NCBI GenBank assembly: GCA_965637545.1
Contig: OZ281494.1
Location: forward strand, 8,618,001-8,682,000
DNA: 64,000 bases
Direction of reading: 5' to 3'
Origin: Phallusia mammillata
Taxonomy: Eukaryota
Shown: piece after piece, positions 1 through 12,938 of the stretch
Position numbering within the stretch: the first letter of the stretch is position 1
Layout: each line of letters opens with the position of its first letter
Program-made: the position numbers and the translations under genes
Notes under the pieces: model-generated
What the model saw: the letters and a program-made list of their open reading frames with translations, nothing else
Told to the model about the DNA's origin: nothing
The model's database searches: none

Positions 1-1021
1 TCAAATGGCCTTTGCAAAATAGCTTTTCAAAATTAGTTGCTTCCCATTTTAATTTGGCGTCATATTTTGGATTAAAGAAAGTTAAAAAATGTGTCAATAC
101 GCTAACATTGCACAATTTCGGAGCCAAGAAATACCGTACCAACAATGCGTTACATTTTGTTATGCCTGGATGCTACTTGACGGATTTAGGTGCGAAACTA
201 AGCAAAGCGTAACCTAAAACTTTACCGATCTCTTTCGATGCTGTCGAGCAACTGGCGCGTGTTGAGGTTTACGCTTTTCGGAACGTCGCGGCCCCATAAC
301 ACGAGAATACGCACGCCCCCAAGGCTTTGCGTGCTCACGCAAGGGCTGGCTGTGGTGCATGATATGTCGTTGACGCTGGTACGCAATCCCCCGTTACTTG
401 CAAAAAGCATGACGTTTTTTGTGAACTACAGTCGGGGGGTATATAATGGTCTTGATTTGGGGTTAACATTGCGGAATTTGGCCGTCTGGCAGAACGAGGC
501 CTTTTTAGCTTATCAGTTATGAGTTAAGTTTATAAACTGAGTTTATGCATGTTTGTGGTGTTAAACGGACTGCTAGTGAAATACTATTTATTAGATATAC
601 CAGTAACATGATTCTGGCATTGTTCTCGTTTTTGTCTTTGTCCTAGCTAATCAACATGTGATCTTGACTCGCTTCGATGTGCGCTTAAAACAATGACTCG
701 TCATATATAGTATGTAACCATTGCGGGAGTATCGAAACCCGTTGAAAAATTATAGTGGGTGATTTTTTTAGCAACACGTAATCTCTTCCCACGCTTGGGC
801 AGGCATGCGCTGTTTGTTAGCCCAAAGGCGCCCAAGCGTGAAAACCTTTTTCGCGACGCCCGAAACGCGAAAGTGCTGGACGCTTAATGTCTGGCCCAGG
901 TGCGCACTCTTAACACAAGCGCTGCTAAACGTTACGCTTAGTTTCGGCCGGTAAGCATTGGGAAACATGGATAGCAACAGCAACGGCGTTTCACAACGTC
1001 TACGCAGGAGGCTACTGCGTC

Positions 1022-1081
1022 TGAGTCATCACACTCAGAGGCTATAAAAAGATTTATATTGGACGACGCTTTAGTATAAAA
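1022..1081 (+). promoter_or_regulatory. Core promoter of the secreted-protein gene: AP-1 site plus two TATA boxes
   Basis: TGAGTCA at 1022-1028; TATAAAA at 1043-1049 and 1075-1081, 150-190 bp upstream of ATG 1234. Confidence 0.6.
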
Positions 1082-1233
1082 CAGCGAGCGAGTTGCTATG
1101 GACATTAGTTGAAACGAGAACAAATCCCGAGCACACTAGAATCATGTTACTGCTGGACACTATTTTGCTACTCTCACTTTGCCGATTCGGCACCTACAGT
1201 CAGCCAGCACGCAGGAGAAAATCAAATAGCGGA

Positions 1234-1917
1234 ATGGCATTACTGCTTTGTAAATTCGGACTGTTGTTATTAAGCTGCAGGTTGGTGCAGTCAGCCGCCC
1301 TACCCCAGGGCGCGCAAAGTCTTTCTTCAGCCGCCACTTCGGAGGCCTCCTCGATGGCGGGTCAGCGTATCAGAACCAGGTCACTGCTCAGGCGGATCGC
1401 CTGCGCTTTTGACGACTGCAGAGGCAAAACTCGTAGCGTGAGGGACATTACGTTCAACGCTATGCAGCAAGACGTTACTGAGCGGCTACACGTGGAGGTA
1501 GTCAACCAGGTCAATCTTCGCAGGCTGTGGCCTCGTCACTTGAGCAAAAACTCAAGAATGCGGCTTGCCAGGGGTCGTAAGAAGCGAGTGTGGACGGTCT
1601 GGAAACGCAACGAGACCGTTATGTTTGGTATTCCAGTTGCCAACACACCTATCAACAACATGTATCGCTTCATGTCTGTTGCCAAAAAGACCGAGAACAG
1701 GCCGGCGCGTCTGTACCTCACTGGAGCGATGCCTGCCCCTGAACTTCTTCTGCAATCCGACGACCGTGCTTTTGAGATCACGGGGACGAAACTCACAAAC
1801 CATCGCTATCTTTTACACAACGTGTCCGGCGCGTTCCTCGGCACCGATGATGGCCGTAGTGTACTTTTGACCGAGATGGGAGACGCAATCGACTGGGGCT
1901 TCGAGCTAGAGGACTGA
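1234..1917 (+). CDS. Intronless secreted protein (227 aa from ATG 1234; 257 aa from in-frame ATG 1144) with a putative beta-trefoil (IL-1/FGF-like) C-terminal domain
   Basis: Longest ORF in the window (1093..1917), GC-richer than its flanks. Signal peptide MALLLCKFGLLLLSCRLVQSA; basic convertase-type sites RSVR and RKKR; sequons NET and NVS; twelve short hydrophobic strands in three repeats from ~1489 to the C-terminus. TATA boxes upstream. Fold assignment is by eye only. Confidence 0.8.
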   Translation: MALLLCKFGLLLLSCRLVQSAALPQGAQSLSSAATSEASSMAGQRIRTRSLLRRIACAFDDCRGKTRSVRDITFNAMQQDVTERLHVEVVNQVNLRRLWPRHLSKNSRMRLARGRKKRVWTVWKRNETVMFGIPVANTPINNMYRFMSVAKKTENRPARLYLTGAMPAPELLLQSDDRAFEITGTKLTNHRYLLHNVSGAFLGTDDGRSVLLTEMGDAIDWGFELED

Positions 1918-2052
1918 GTACGATGTTTTATTTCTGTACGTATAGAACCGATTTGAGGTGCTAAAAGTTTCCGTCGTAGGTACCTCAAGTTCACTCGCCG
2001 ACTGATCGTGACCTTGAAGGGAGATTTTTATTTTTTATACAAATGCAAGCCT

Positions 2053-2110
2053 ATTTATGTATTATTCTATTATTATTACTATTTAAAGTAGATCTAAATA
2101 TTTATTTATT
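2053..2110 (+). promoter_or_regulatory. AU-rich element cluster in the presumptive 3'UTR
   Basis: ATTTA at 2053, 2081, 2100 and 2104, including nonamer TTATTTATT at 2102-2110, 135-190 nt past the stop. The AT-rich background lowers specificity. Confidence 0.45.
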
Positions 2111-4686
2111 GCATTCGCGGCGTACGCGAGTACCCGCCCTTTTTGTTTTTGTTGTTGTTTATTTTTTTATTGACGTTTCCTTGCCCCCATGTTGTTCCCC
2201 TTCACAGATTTATCTGCTACAAAACGCCAATGAGCGATTATGTTTTACGGTCGGTTCCGGAATAGCCGCGTTGCACGCGATGGCTTTTCGCACGCGCTCT
2301 AAAAGCGTCGTTAAGGATTTTTAATTTGGCCCTGCTCGCACAGAAAATTAATTGCATCAGCAGGTCGGATCACAAGCTGGGATGCGCTTGCAGATCGTGA
2401 CTGGCGATTTCCCCTAATAGTTATCCCTTTGTCAGAAGCTTGCGTTGTCACGGCAGATAAGTGCCAACCGCCTTTTTACATTTGCCACAATACTACTGTT
2501 TCTGTATCTTGTCAGCACTGTGCGTATACTGTCTTAGGCGTGATAACTGAATGCAATGTGCCCCCGTTGCTCCCTATATGATATAGCTAACCTTACATCA
2601 CACGTTACTGCCCGCTGTGCTTTCAAATGCTGTTGTGTTGTTCACTTGCCATTTTTGTGTGTCGCGATAGAATCTATTTACCTTCTGTGCAGTGCGAGTA
2701 CACATGCCTTGTTGCCAAAGCTCTTTCAAGCACCGGGCTCGTTTTGTTTACTTAGCGCATATCCCTGTGTTCTGTGGCCGTTCGTTGTTTTTTGTAACAC
2801 CAAAGTATCTTGTTTTTTTTTACTTGTACTGTCAAAATGCACTTTTATGCTGTTAAACCTTTTTTTTACGACACGCTATACGAAATGGTTCAATAAGAGT
2901 TTATATATATTCCATACCTAAAAGGCTGTTGTTTGAGACTAGTAAGAAACAGACAGGTTATAAGGCAGGCTTTTGTGCGACCGCAGACAATCAGCTGACC
3001 GAAAAATTGACAAATTGCTCGCATGCGTAAGTTTCAGAATTCTTCGGAATGCTTCTATTTTTAACCGCAATTTGTGGGACTGTTGGTACAAAAATACTGG
3101 GCGGTATGGGGCGCAGAGGCAGGGATACCTTCCACGCCCCCAATTTAGAATTCGATTGCATTAAATTAGGCAAGTCAAGCTGAGATTCAAACATAAATTC
3201 AAACCGCAAAGTTGACGGTGATAACCGTGGGACATTGGCTAATCTGAAATGTGTGTTATCAAAACACAAACGTTTTGACAAACAAGTCTTTTATAGCGCC
3301 CTTAAATATGGTCAGTCCAATTTATTTGAAGTACTCAGTCTGCGTGTTAAACAGAAGAAAAAAATTGGCTGCGTGTAAAACAGAATAGACTGCTTGTAAA
3401 AACAGCAGGAAATACAATCCACATAATTAAACGTAACATTTGAAAATGACTTTGGCACGTTGCCCTCTCCCATTGCCTGGCATGAAAAGGGGGATTCCGG
3501 ACTACAACCTACGTCAGAATGACGTCAAAGTGTCGGTTCGCGGTCATAAAACATTCTGTGGGCAGCAATCAATCAACAGCCAATTCTTACTGATCAATTC
3601 TGCCGGTATTGAGCTATTACTTCGTTTCCCAATGTTTGTGTCACATAGTTGACTTAAAAAATAACCTAATTTTTCGGTTTCTATTCTCGGTGCAATTTTG
3701 TGACTCTATTTCAAATTGTTCTATTAACTAAGATACTGCGTCTTGGTCAATTTTGTCATTCATTTAGTCAAGCGAAATAAATTGAAACAAATGACAAAAA
3801 TCTATTGCAGGTTGCGCCATTAACAGCAAAGGAGAAGTAGAACAGTAACAGGCAGGCGAGAAAGGAAAGAATAGCAGTTACCAATTTTAGCGCTGCAGTT
3901 TTGCATGCAATCGATGTAGTCGCATTTTTCCAGACGACTGTCACATTTCGTTTTGTTTTTTTCACGCGATTTGCGTAAACGCGGCCGGGCGCGTTCCAAA
4001 ACAAATGAATTTGCAATACTGCGCAAAACGAGGAGAATTGTTTCCGGAAGCGCCTAATAATAATATGCGACAGACGCCTAGGCTTCATAAACAAAAACAA
4101 AAAGCGCTACCGTTGGCAAGTGCTACCAAGATTGGTTACGGAATGTCGAATGTAGGCAATAGGTCGCCGGATATTGTCAACACAGAATCACCTGGAACGA
4201 TTCCTGTTTGTGATTTTTGAGCCACAGTCAAACAACGCAGGGCAAATATGTAAACCCATGCGGGTGTTTTACCATTAGGCCGCCAATTTTATGGCTCGCA
4301 ACTACACCACAATAAACAAATAAATGGTCTGCGCTCGTTTAGTTAGTTTGTTGTTGAAACAAAAGTATGACACGTTTAAAAACGTCTTGGGTATGAAAAC
4401 AGGAAAGCCTAAATTTACAGTCAAAACTATGGGTGTTTTCAAATTGTTTCAAGTGACCAAAGCAATACGGCCATAGAGCTGATATGTTTAGCACTCATTC
4501 TATCGCAGACTTTCAATAATCGTTGTTATCAGTTTTCACTTATGATGACAACAGCGATTGTTAAAATGTTTGCAATATAATATATTCCTTGTACACAAGC
4601 ATTTCATGTATAGGTTACAATGTATTTTCTAGTTTAATGTATTTTCTTGTTAGGTACTTTTAAAGGCTGTCTGTAATGCTCTAATG

Positions 4687-4902
4687 CAGGGGTTTTTAAC
4701 CTGGGGTGCACGCACCCCCAAGGGGTGCGAGAACTGTTCCTAGGGGGTGCGGGGATGCTGAATCATTAAGGTTGGTTAGGTCTATTCTATTTAAGCAATT
4801 ACAGAAGGGGGAGCGAAAATTGGTTAGTGATATGAAAGGGGGTGCGAAAATTGGTTGGTGATTTGAAAGGGGTGAGCAAGGAAAAAAGGTTAAGAACCAC
4901 TG
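4687..4902. mobile_element. hAT (Charlie/Buster-type) MITE, 216 bp
   Basis: TIR CAGGGGTTTTTAACCT / CAGTGGTTCTTAACCT; perfect 8-bp TSD CTCTAATG (4679-4686, 4903-4910); short internal tandem repeat. Confidence 0.9.
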
Positions 4903-7900
4903 CTCTAATGTTCAAATGATATGTTGTTATAAAACGCAAATGTCCTAAAGCCTGCTGGCAGCCCACGTGTATCTCGCAGATAAGATTGCAAGCGTGCCGA
5001 TGCTTACAGACCAGTTGCAGTTGCAGCCGAGTTGTGCAATGACTCATAAACTATTTCGAATAATCCGATCCCGCCAACATGAGTTCGCCGGTCGGTTACA
5101 GATTCAGGCCTCACCCACGCATAGTAAGCCTTACATTTATGAATCGAACTTCTCACATAGGCCAATTCAATGAATAAGCTTTTGATCCCAGGCATAACGT
5201 ATAAACGAATATTTCACTTCCAGCAGTTTTTATCATAAATAATCGACGTTTCGGCGTCCCATAAAAAACGCTTTCATCTCAGGGTAATGGTATCTTGCAA
5301 CGTCGATTATAACAATAACTGCTGAATGAACAATAATCGTTTATTCACACACAGACATTTTCATAGGCAAAGCGTATGTGCTGTTTGAAAGCAATAGCAA
5401 TTAAATGATTTGTGCAGTACGTTTTGCTGTAGGTTACACTAACAATGAGAAGATGGACAGGTTATGTATGGGCTATGTTTGAAGTTTGAAATTGTTGACG
5501 CAATGAACTTAATTTAATGGCTGCAAAGGTTTTGTGTTATTTGATTGGTTTTCAGGGTCTGACCGCTACACTTCCCACATACACGAATATTTGATTTGAA
5601 TTTAGTGAGAGATTTTTGGTCTAATAAACTTGCTTGACGTAGCTGCGACCGCTATCTACGTAAAAAGGGAGTAGATTTTTAGGACTTTGCAGCAATCTTT
5701 GCAATTTATTGCCCGTACCCCGCCAACAGTTCACCAAGGTTTAAGCAAATCAAAATAACGGAACACAAGAAAGCTTCCAAAAAGACGCCATTAAAAAGGT
5801 GATCCTCTATCTCCATATAGTCGATTTGGGCAAAAAGGTAATTCGTTCATAAAGTGCCAAATCGACCAGCAGCCATCGCTTTTTGGTAGCAGATAAAACA
5901 TCTTGCTCATTACATGAAATAGTGGATAAATTTTGACATGTGCAAGCTAATTTGTAAAATTAAATAAAACTATTTTAGTTCTGTAAGTAAAGTTTGGAAC
6001 ATTCAGGTGACAGTTATAAAGGTTAATTACTCTAAACCTTTAGGCTTTTACTTGACCAGGGAATCCGAAAACGAAACAAGATTTGAAAGTGAGGTGTTCG
6101 TGTTGAAGTCGTAGACTAGAATATGTTTACATAAACTGATCTGTATGTAACTTACCTTTGAAAAAACGAATTCCAAAGTGAAACATACGAACAAAATGAA
6201 CCAACTTTGACTATTTACATTTCCCACTAAATTCTGACGGGCCGAATTAACATTTGTGGGTGGGGGGGTGCCTTCTCTCCGATGTGTATTTCGGCCACAA
6301 ACGTGTAAGAGCGACACTGGCATGGTTTCGTCCAATTTAGTCTTCATTACGTCAACATATTCCGAGAAGACATACCTCCAACCAATGCAGTTTCGTCTTT
6401 ATATGACTATTATGCATTTGCGTCTTGCTTAATGATACGATTTGCATATGAGGCGATATTCAAAAACCTGTAGGCATTATTTGTCATTTTTTCGAATGGG
6501 ACAAACGCACAATACGAACTTTGATCCGCATGACGAAAAATAGTTGGTATTTGAAAGATCGGTTTCTGCGAACGCGGCGATTTGAAATAGTTGAACTTTG
6601 GGTTAATGAATTAAAATGGCAGAATGAGTTATTAATTTCCCTGTTTGCTGAGCTGTTACTTTTTTGTGGCTTTTTTGAAGTTTTTTTGTGTTTTTTCGTG
6701 GTTTTTGTTGGTATAACAGCTTGTTTAACGAAAATTCTAATCCGATTGATTTTTTTAGCGGCAATAAAGAAGTCTTGGTTTAACAGTTTAAAGATATTTT
6801 CGAAATCTAGGACGTTTGACACAAAAATTTTCGTGTTTTGATGTTTGTAATTCCCGTTGTGGGTACTTTTATTTTGAATACGTTCTGTTTCAGTTTCCCG
6901 ATTATCCTTTTTTTTCAAAACATGATGGCATTACACAATCGAAACGGAAATAGTTCGCAATTTCACAGTTTTCGTTAAGCAAGAGCGGTCGATTTCAATC
7001 CGACTCACTGACAAATGTCATCTTACGTTCCTTAGCCCCAAGTGCATATGAAAGATCACATTTAAACTCGCCGCGCAGTTATCAAAATGTCAAAGATCCC
7101 GAAGAAAAAATATCAAACTCAGTTTCCAAACGTCTGCGTCAAATCAATACGATATGAATTATACGTAAATTCAATAATTCTTGAAAATTTATGATGTACG
7201 TAAAACTACGTGATAAATAACGTTTGGTTGACTGCGTGCTGCAGCGACGTCTTATGCGTGAGCACTGACCTATGAAACGTCGAAAACCGTAGGGACGGCT
7301 TGAGCTGACATTATGTGGCGTGGTAATTCATTCCGAATTTGTTTCTGATTACAGAAATGCATTAAACAGGAATCAAAGGCCGGTCACTGTCCAAGATACG
7401 ATCTCAATTTTACGGTTAGATATCACGAAGCATGGATTAGTATTTGCAAATGCTGTTCCCTAAGAGCTTATACGGCAACGTTATTTAAGACGAGAAACAG
7501 TAAGATATCATTGCTGTGCTTTTATTTTCTGGTGTAAAAAAATCGTCAGCTGTTCAAAAATACATCTGTTATTATTTCCATTTTTGTCTTGAACCGACTG
7601 AATTGTCAATAACGTACACATAATCGCAAAACACACAAATAAATTTAACGTAAACACACTAGGCCTACCTGATGAATTTTGAATAAGAAAACACCCGAAA
7701 TTGAAATTTTGATACCACGTTTAATTATGGACACCTATAGAAAAAACAATCCAACAGTTGCTTAAGCACCATGTACTTTTTACTATTTAACAACATATTT
7801 GGTTGCAATATGTAGATCGTGTTAGATTTGCACAAGGTAGTTTCTCAGTAACAAGGTGAAAATTTAGTAACAAACAACCTGAAAAGGTGCGTGCGCGGAA

Positions 7901-10900
7901 GCCACGGTTCACCAAGCAAACATCAGGCAAACCCACTGCAGAGCAAAGTCCGCGTCAAGTTTGCGAAAAGTCTTGTTGCAATTATAGACAAAGTGGTTAC
8001 AGAGAGTTTGATGTTTTTTTTAAACATACATTGCACTGTTTTGCAAGTTTACATCAAAATATGTGCAACAGAAATGACAATTTTGAAGCAAATAGAAGGC
8101 ACTATGTTCGGAAGCAAAACTAAGCCCTAACATATCTTCAACTAAACTGAGAATAAAGAAAAGTGGGCGGGGCCAAGAAGGCGTGTCTACGGCAAAATTC
8201 GACTTCAGCATGACGTTTCCACGAAAGCGAAAATCTGACCGGACTCAAACAATTTCAGTTAAAGAAACAAGAAACCATACGTAATTGTTCACATCATTCA
8301 TTTAAAGTCAGCATTGCGCAAACGTGCTGGCCTATAAATCAGGACTCGGTGCAAATGCCCTATCACGTAAAGCTGTGAACATTTAAAAAACAATTAAAAT
8401 AGCGAGGCAAATTCGAATTCCTTGTGTGAGGCTTTTACAAGGCACAGATGCCAAACGACCCTGTTGTGTACCCCTAAACAATATTGTAATTCCGAGAAGA
8501 TCGGGCCCATATTAAATGGCCAATAAAAATACGGATATGAGCCGTGCGTATCTTAAAGGACTTTAGGTCAGTAAATTTATTACGGCTGCAATCTGGGTTG
8601 TGCAAGATGCAGAGTTTTCAGACATTGCCGCACACGCCGCTGATGCCAACGCGCAATGGTCCCTTTTCTTGATCAACCGCGCTGCAATGTGTCGCAACCC
8701 TCGTGCAGAGTGACGTCATAGCAACGGATGCTTAACTTCCGGCCGATGGGCACGCCACTTTGCTGATGTGCTGTGTCACTATTAAGCCAGATTGCCTTTC
8801 CTGGTTGTCACGTGTTTTGCTCCCTGGTAAGCGAGGCTTGTGTAATAACATACGCATTTGTCGGCGCCGCTATTTAACAAATATAGCGGAATGTCTCATA
8901 GATTTGCATACAGCGGGTCCGCTTTATCGGCAGCAAAACGTGGATTGCCATGTAGTATTTTTGTGAGCTCAAAAGACGAGTCTTCAATGACTCAATCTAA
9001 GATCAAGTAACACTTTCTCATTTCGGGTTTAAATTTAGCACTTTAGATGATAATTTTCGGATTTTAATCAAATCGAAATGCGATTATTCGTTTTTTCGTG
9101 TTCTGTTGGGCAGCACGCTTGTTTTGCCTGGAAGTTCCCACTACTTTGCAACATTTCTTCGTCACCATGACGTAGTTTATAGAAAGAAGTCTCATTCTAT
9201 TTGGCAGGGGAACAAAAATGATCACTTTTCGTTTGTTAATTACACAAAAGGTTTTTGCTGTATTACAGCGTATAAAAGGAACAAAACCTATCATTTTTAA
9301 TTGCGTTCAAACCTTGAATACAAAAGGCCTATAAATGTTGCTACCATCACTAATTAGGGTCAATTAAGCCTAAATTTCTAAAGATAGCTTCTCAAATCTT
9401 CACATTATGAAAGTTATTTGAAACATAAAAAAGCAAATGTAATTTAAACCCAGATTAACTGAATAATAACGACTTGCAAGCCGAATGCGAAACCAATTTT
9501 AATCGCATTCTTGGAACTGAGGGGCCTCTCGGAAACGCTTGGGGGCATTGGGGTTTGTGTCAACCTCCCTAAACTCCTAGCATTTACTGACATTAGGGAT
9601 TTGCGCGCATTCTTTCGCAAAAAGGATGCCAGAAAAAAGCTAAACACCTTTGCCAGGTAAAAATCATCGCACGTCGTCCCAATAAGGAGCTGTCAATCAC
9701 TTGGCCCAAAGTATCGTGACAGTATTACGTCAACGTCCCTGCAGATAATGTAGGTATAAAAATCATTAAACCGACGTGAACGTATTTGTCTAGCAGTAGC
9801 CAGAATTCGACGCATACTCGTGCACATCAACTAATTTATGCGGATTGGGTTTCTGCTATTTGGGTTCTGCTGCAGGTCAAATGCCCTCTTAACCCTTCAA
9901 ACCCTTTTGCACCAGCATTGCGAAGCACCAAAGGGCCACGTATGTTTAGTAAAGGCTTTGGTTGAACAAGCACCAGCAGTTTGTTTTGCAGTGTACGCTT
10001 TGGTCCCAATAAAGGGCAGAGGGGCGCGTCATTCGTGAAATTCAAACATGTTTTGTAAACAGTTGTAAATAGCTTGTTAAAGGTTATGGTAAACCACGCC
10101 GTGATGTTGACCGAATGGTTTGTTTTTGTTTGCCTACTGTCCTTAACAAAGCCTTAGATAAATAAAGGTTTTTTTGCTAAAGGTATTTTTTTTATCTCGC
10201 GTGGGCATAGAAGACATACAGTAACATTTATACCTGTCTTTTACCAATATACTTGAGTTTAAATACATTGTTATTGTAATCATTTATCCTCTAGTACCCT
10301 CCACCCCTTCCCTACGCAAAAAATTTAATGTGTCACTTGATTTTTCGAAAAAAAGTAAAATACTGTTGAGATTGCTTAATCAATCTATGCGACATGAAGA
10401 ATTTGGAAGTTTGCAAATTTAGTTTGAGTGTAGGCCAACTTTATGCTGCAGTATCAAATGTACATGCCAATACTTCGAAATGCTAATTTTCCAACAACGA
10501 ACCCGACCACCATCAGTTGAGTAAATACGAGTTAAGTTTGGATTGGGAAACAAGACCTATATGAACTTTGCCTTCTGTTGCGAAGTGCGGTTACAATTCC
10601 AAGTATTACAATAACTAATATTTATTCATTCATTGTCAAGTGGGATTTCGCAATTACTGCTGTCTGAAATGATCATTTTTTTTATCGTCAAATTTATAAT
10701 GTTGTTTAGGCGCAAAATGCAACAAACCGGAATTAAATTCCAGTGTGAAAGCAAAATTCTTTTGGCGAAACTAAAATTTACAGTTTAACAAGCAACCGTA
10801 TATTGCGTAAGAAAACGAAATTTGGCTATATAAACAGTAATAAAGGAATTGGAAACTAGTTCTGCAAACAATTTCTCTGTGTTTTCCCCCTATTTCTATT

Positions 10901-12938
10901 TCACCACAGGGCGCCGGGACCAAACAATAGCAACCTGCTGGGCGTAACAGTAAGTGTTGGGTGGATTGCTAAACGAAACAGCCGTCATATGGGAATTCCC
11001 AGTTAACCAAACACAATTGCCATATAGCGTCAAGGCGTTGGAAATGACTCTGTCCGCTTTCACTTTAGGCACGTGCCTCACAATTCCCTCACATTACGAC
11101 ATTTCAAGAGAGTTCTGTCAGTCAAAATTACGTCATCATTCTCTTTGACAATGTAAATTTCTATAGAACGGACCATATCTTATGCAGATATTTAAACGAG
11201 AAATGTTCTAATTATAACAAAGCCTGCTGGAAGAGCATTACTTGTTGATACATTATGTCTATGAGCAACGGTATTACAGATATATTGTAATACCATGATA
11301 CCAAAATAACTGTGCTCAATTAAAAGTCATTTTAATACATTTCGACATATTTAAGATTCGATAAAAATTATGACGTAATTCTAAACCTCATTATGACCTA
11401 AACACAAATATTACGTTCATTTGAAAAATCCCACGACAGTGTTTTATTTTTTGCGACAGCGTTTTTCGATGGACTGATTGAAAATAGAATCGGAATGATA
11501 ATTGTATCTCACGCTTTAATATAGATTTATTGGGGGAAAGATTTTTTGCTCCGCATAAGACGGAACTGTTTACTTGTATTAATGTGACTCGTTACACCAA
11601 CGCTATATCATCACATTTGCCGTCGCAAATATAGGATCCGAAAAAAAGCGAATATAATTCGAGAACTTTCCAAGGAAATGACACTCGTAAAATACACGTA
11701 GAGCACGAATTATGGCGTTTTACTTGAATATTTATCCTGATTACAAAACTTTCTAGGTTGTTACGTGGTATAGGAATAACGTCATCGCCATAGGCTTCGA
11801 CGATCGTGCAGTAACTCTATACACATCCGGGCATGCCCTTCCGTAGCGCAGCTATTCTGGAACTGAACGCGAAAGCCATAGGAACATAACTCGGTTTACG
11901 ATTTTCCTTTACGACAAAACGCGTATCCGGGCATTGCATGACTCGCATTATAGATTAAATTCATTGCAAGAGGAAAATTCCCATATTCCTTTTACAGGAA
12001 GGATGCAATAACGTAAAACATGCAAGGCAGGCCAAAAGAGAGAGCGATGTCATTTCTAAACGCAAGAGCATGAATGCTATTTTTGCCTTGCACGCATAAG
12101 TATACAGAGTATTTTTTCGTGTGAGCTGTACAAAATTAGGTAGTAAAACGCAATCGTTGTTTAAAATTACACCCGAAAATCGGTTGCGTATTGAGGTTAC
12201 CGGAGTGCTTTAGTCGATAAATAACACTGCGATCTTCCCACATATGGAGTTAAAACAAATATACAACGCAACTGCTATTTAAGAACCAGCCGTTTATGCT
12301 CGCAGTTCTGCATTTATGTCAACAGAAAAGTGACTGTGCTGAATTACGTAACGCAAAATTGCTGCGTCACCATAAGTTAGGGGCGGCATTAGTGGTGAAC
12401 CACAATGACCTTTTACCCCAAATGAAAGAGAAATAAGCCAACAAAACATTTTTTATCTAACAAGCATGCATGCAACTTAACATTTATAAGCATAATCACC
12501 ATTTTTGAAAATGATACATAAATCACTTATAAGTCTTATACGGTCTTTTTGGCAAGTTTTTGGGGGGCTTACAACAGCCGATACCTAATACCCTCGTCTC
12601 TACATAGACCATCGCCCACTCACCTTTTGTGAATGAAAAAGTGACGCGCTTTGGGAAAGCACCAGGGGATTTTCGTTCAAGTGTTTTTCTCCCTCGGTCG
12701 AGTTCCAGCATCATACACTTCTGTGAATTCCTCTCTATCTGGTTTCGAGGGTCGTATTGTGACGCTGGTGATATTTTAGGATTAAAGTCGCTTTTTTGTC
12801 TTACACGGGCCAGGAACAGTTCTCTGTCTATCTATTTTTACTACACATAACAGTAACGGCTACGAAACTTAAAAAATATATAACAAAGTTAGTGCGTATG
12901 TTGCAACACAGTTTCAAAATATTTCCAACCCTTTGTAT

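Noticed and set aside
3768-4220. Cys-spaced short ORFs (CDSRLEKCDYIDCMQNCSAKIGNC) suggestive of a defensin
   Set aside because: No signal peptide or splice context; not distinguishable from chance.
6484-6918. 144-aa and 106-aa overlapping ORFs; IPTIF reminiscent of a THAP domain
   Set aside because: Low-complexity A/T strand bias explains the ORFs; the THAP C2CH pattern is not in one frame.
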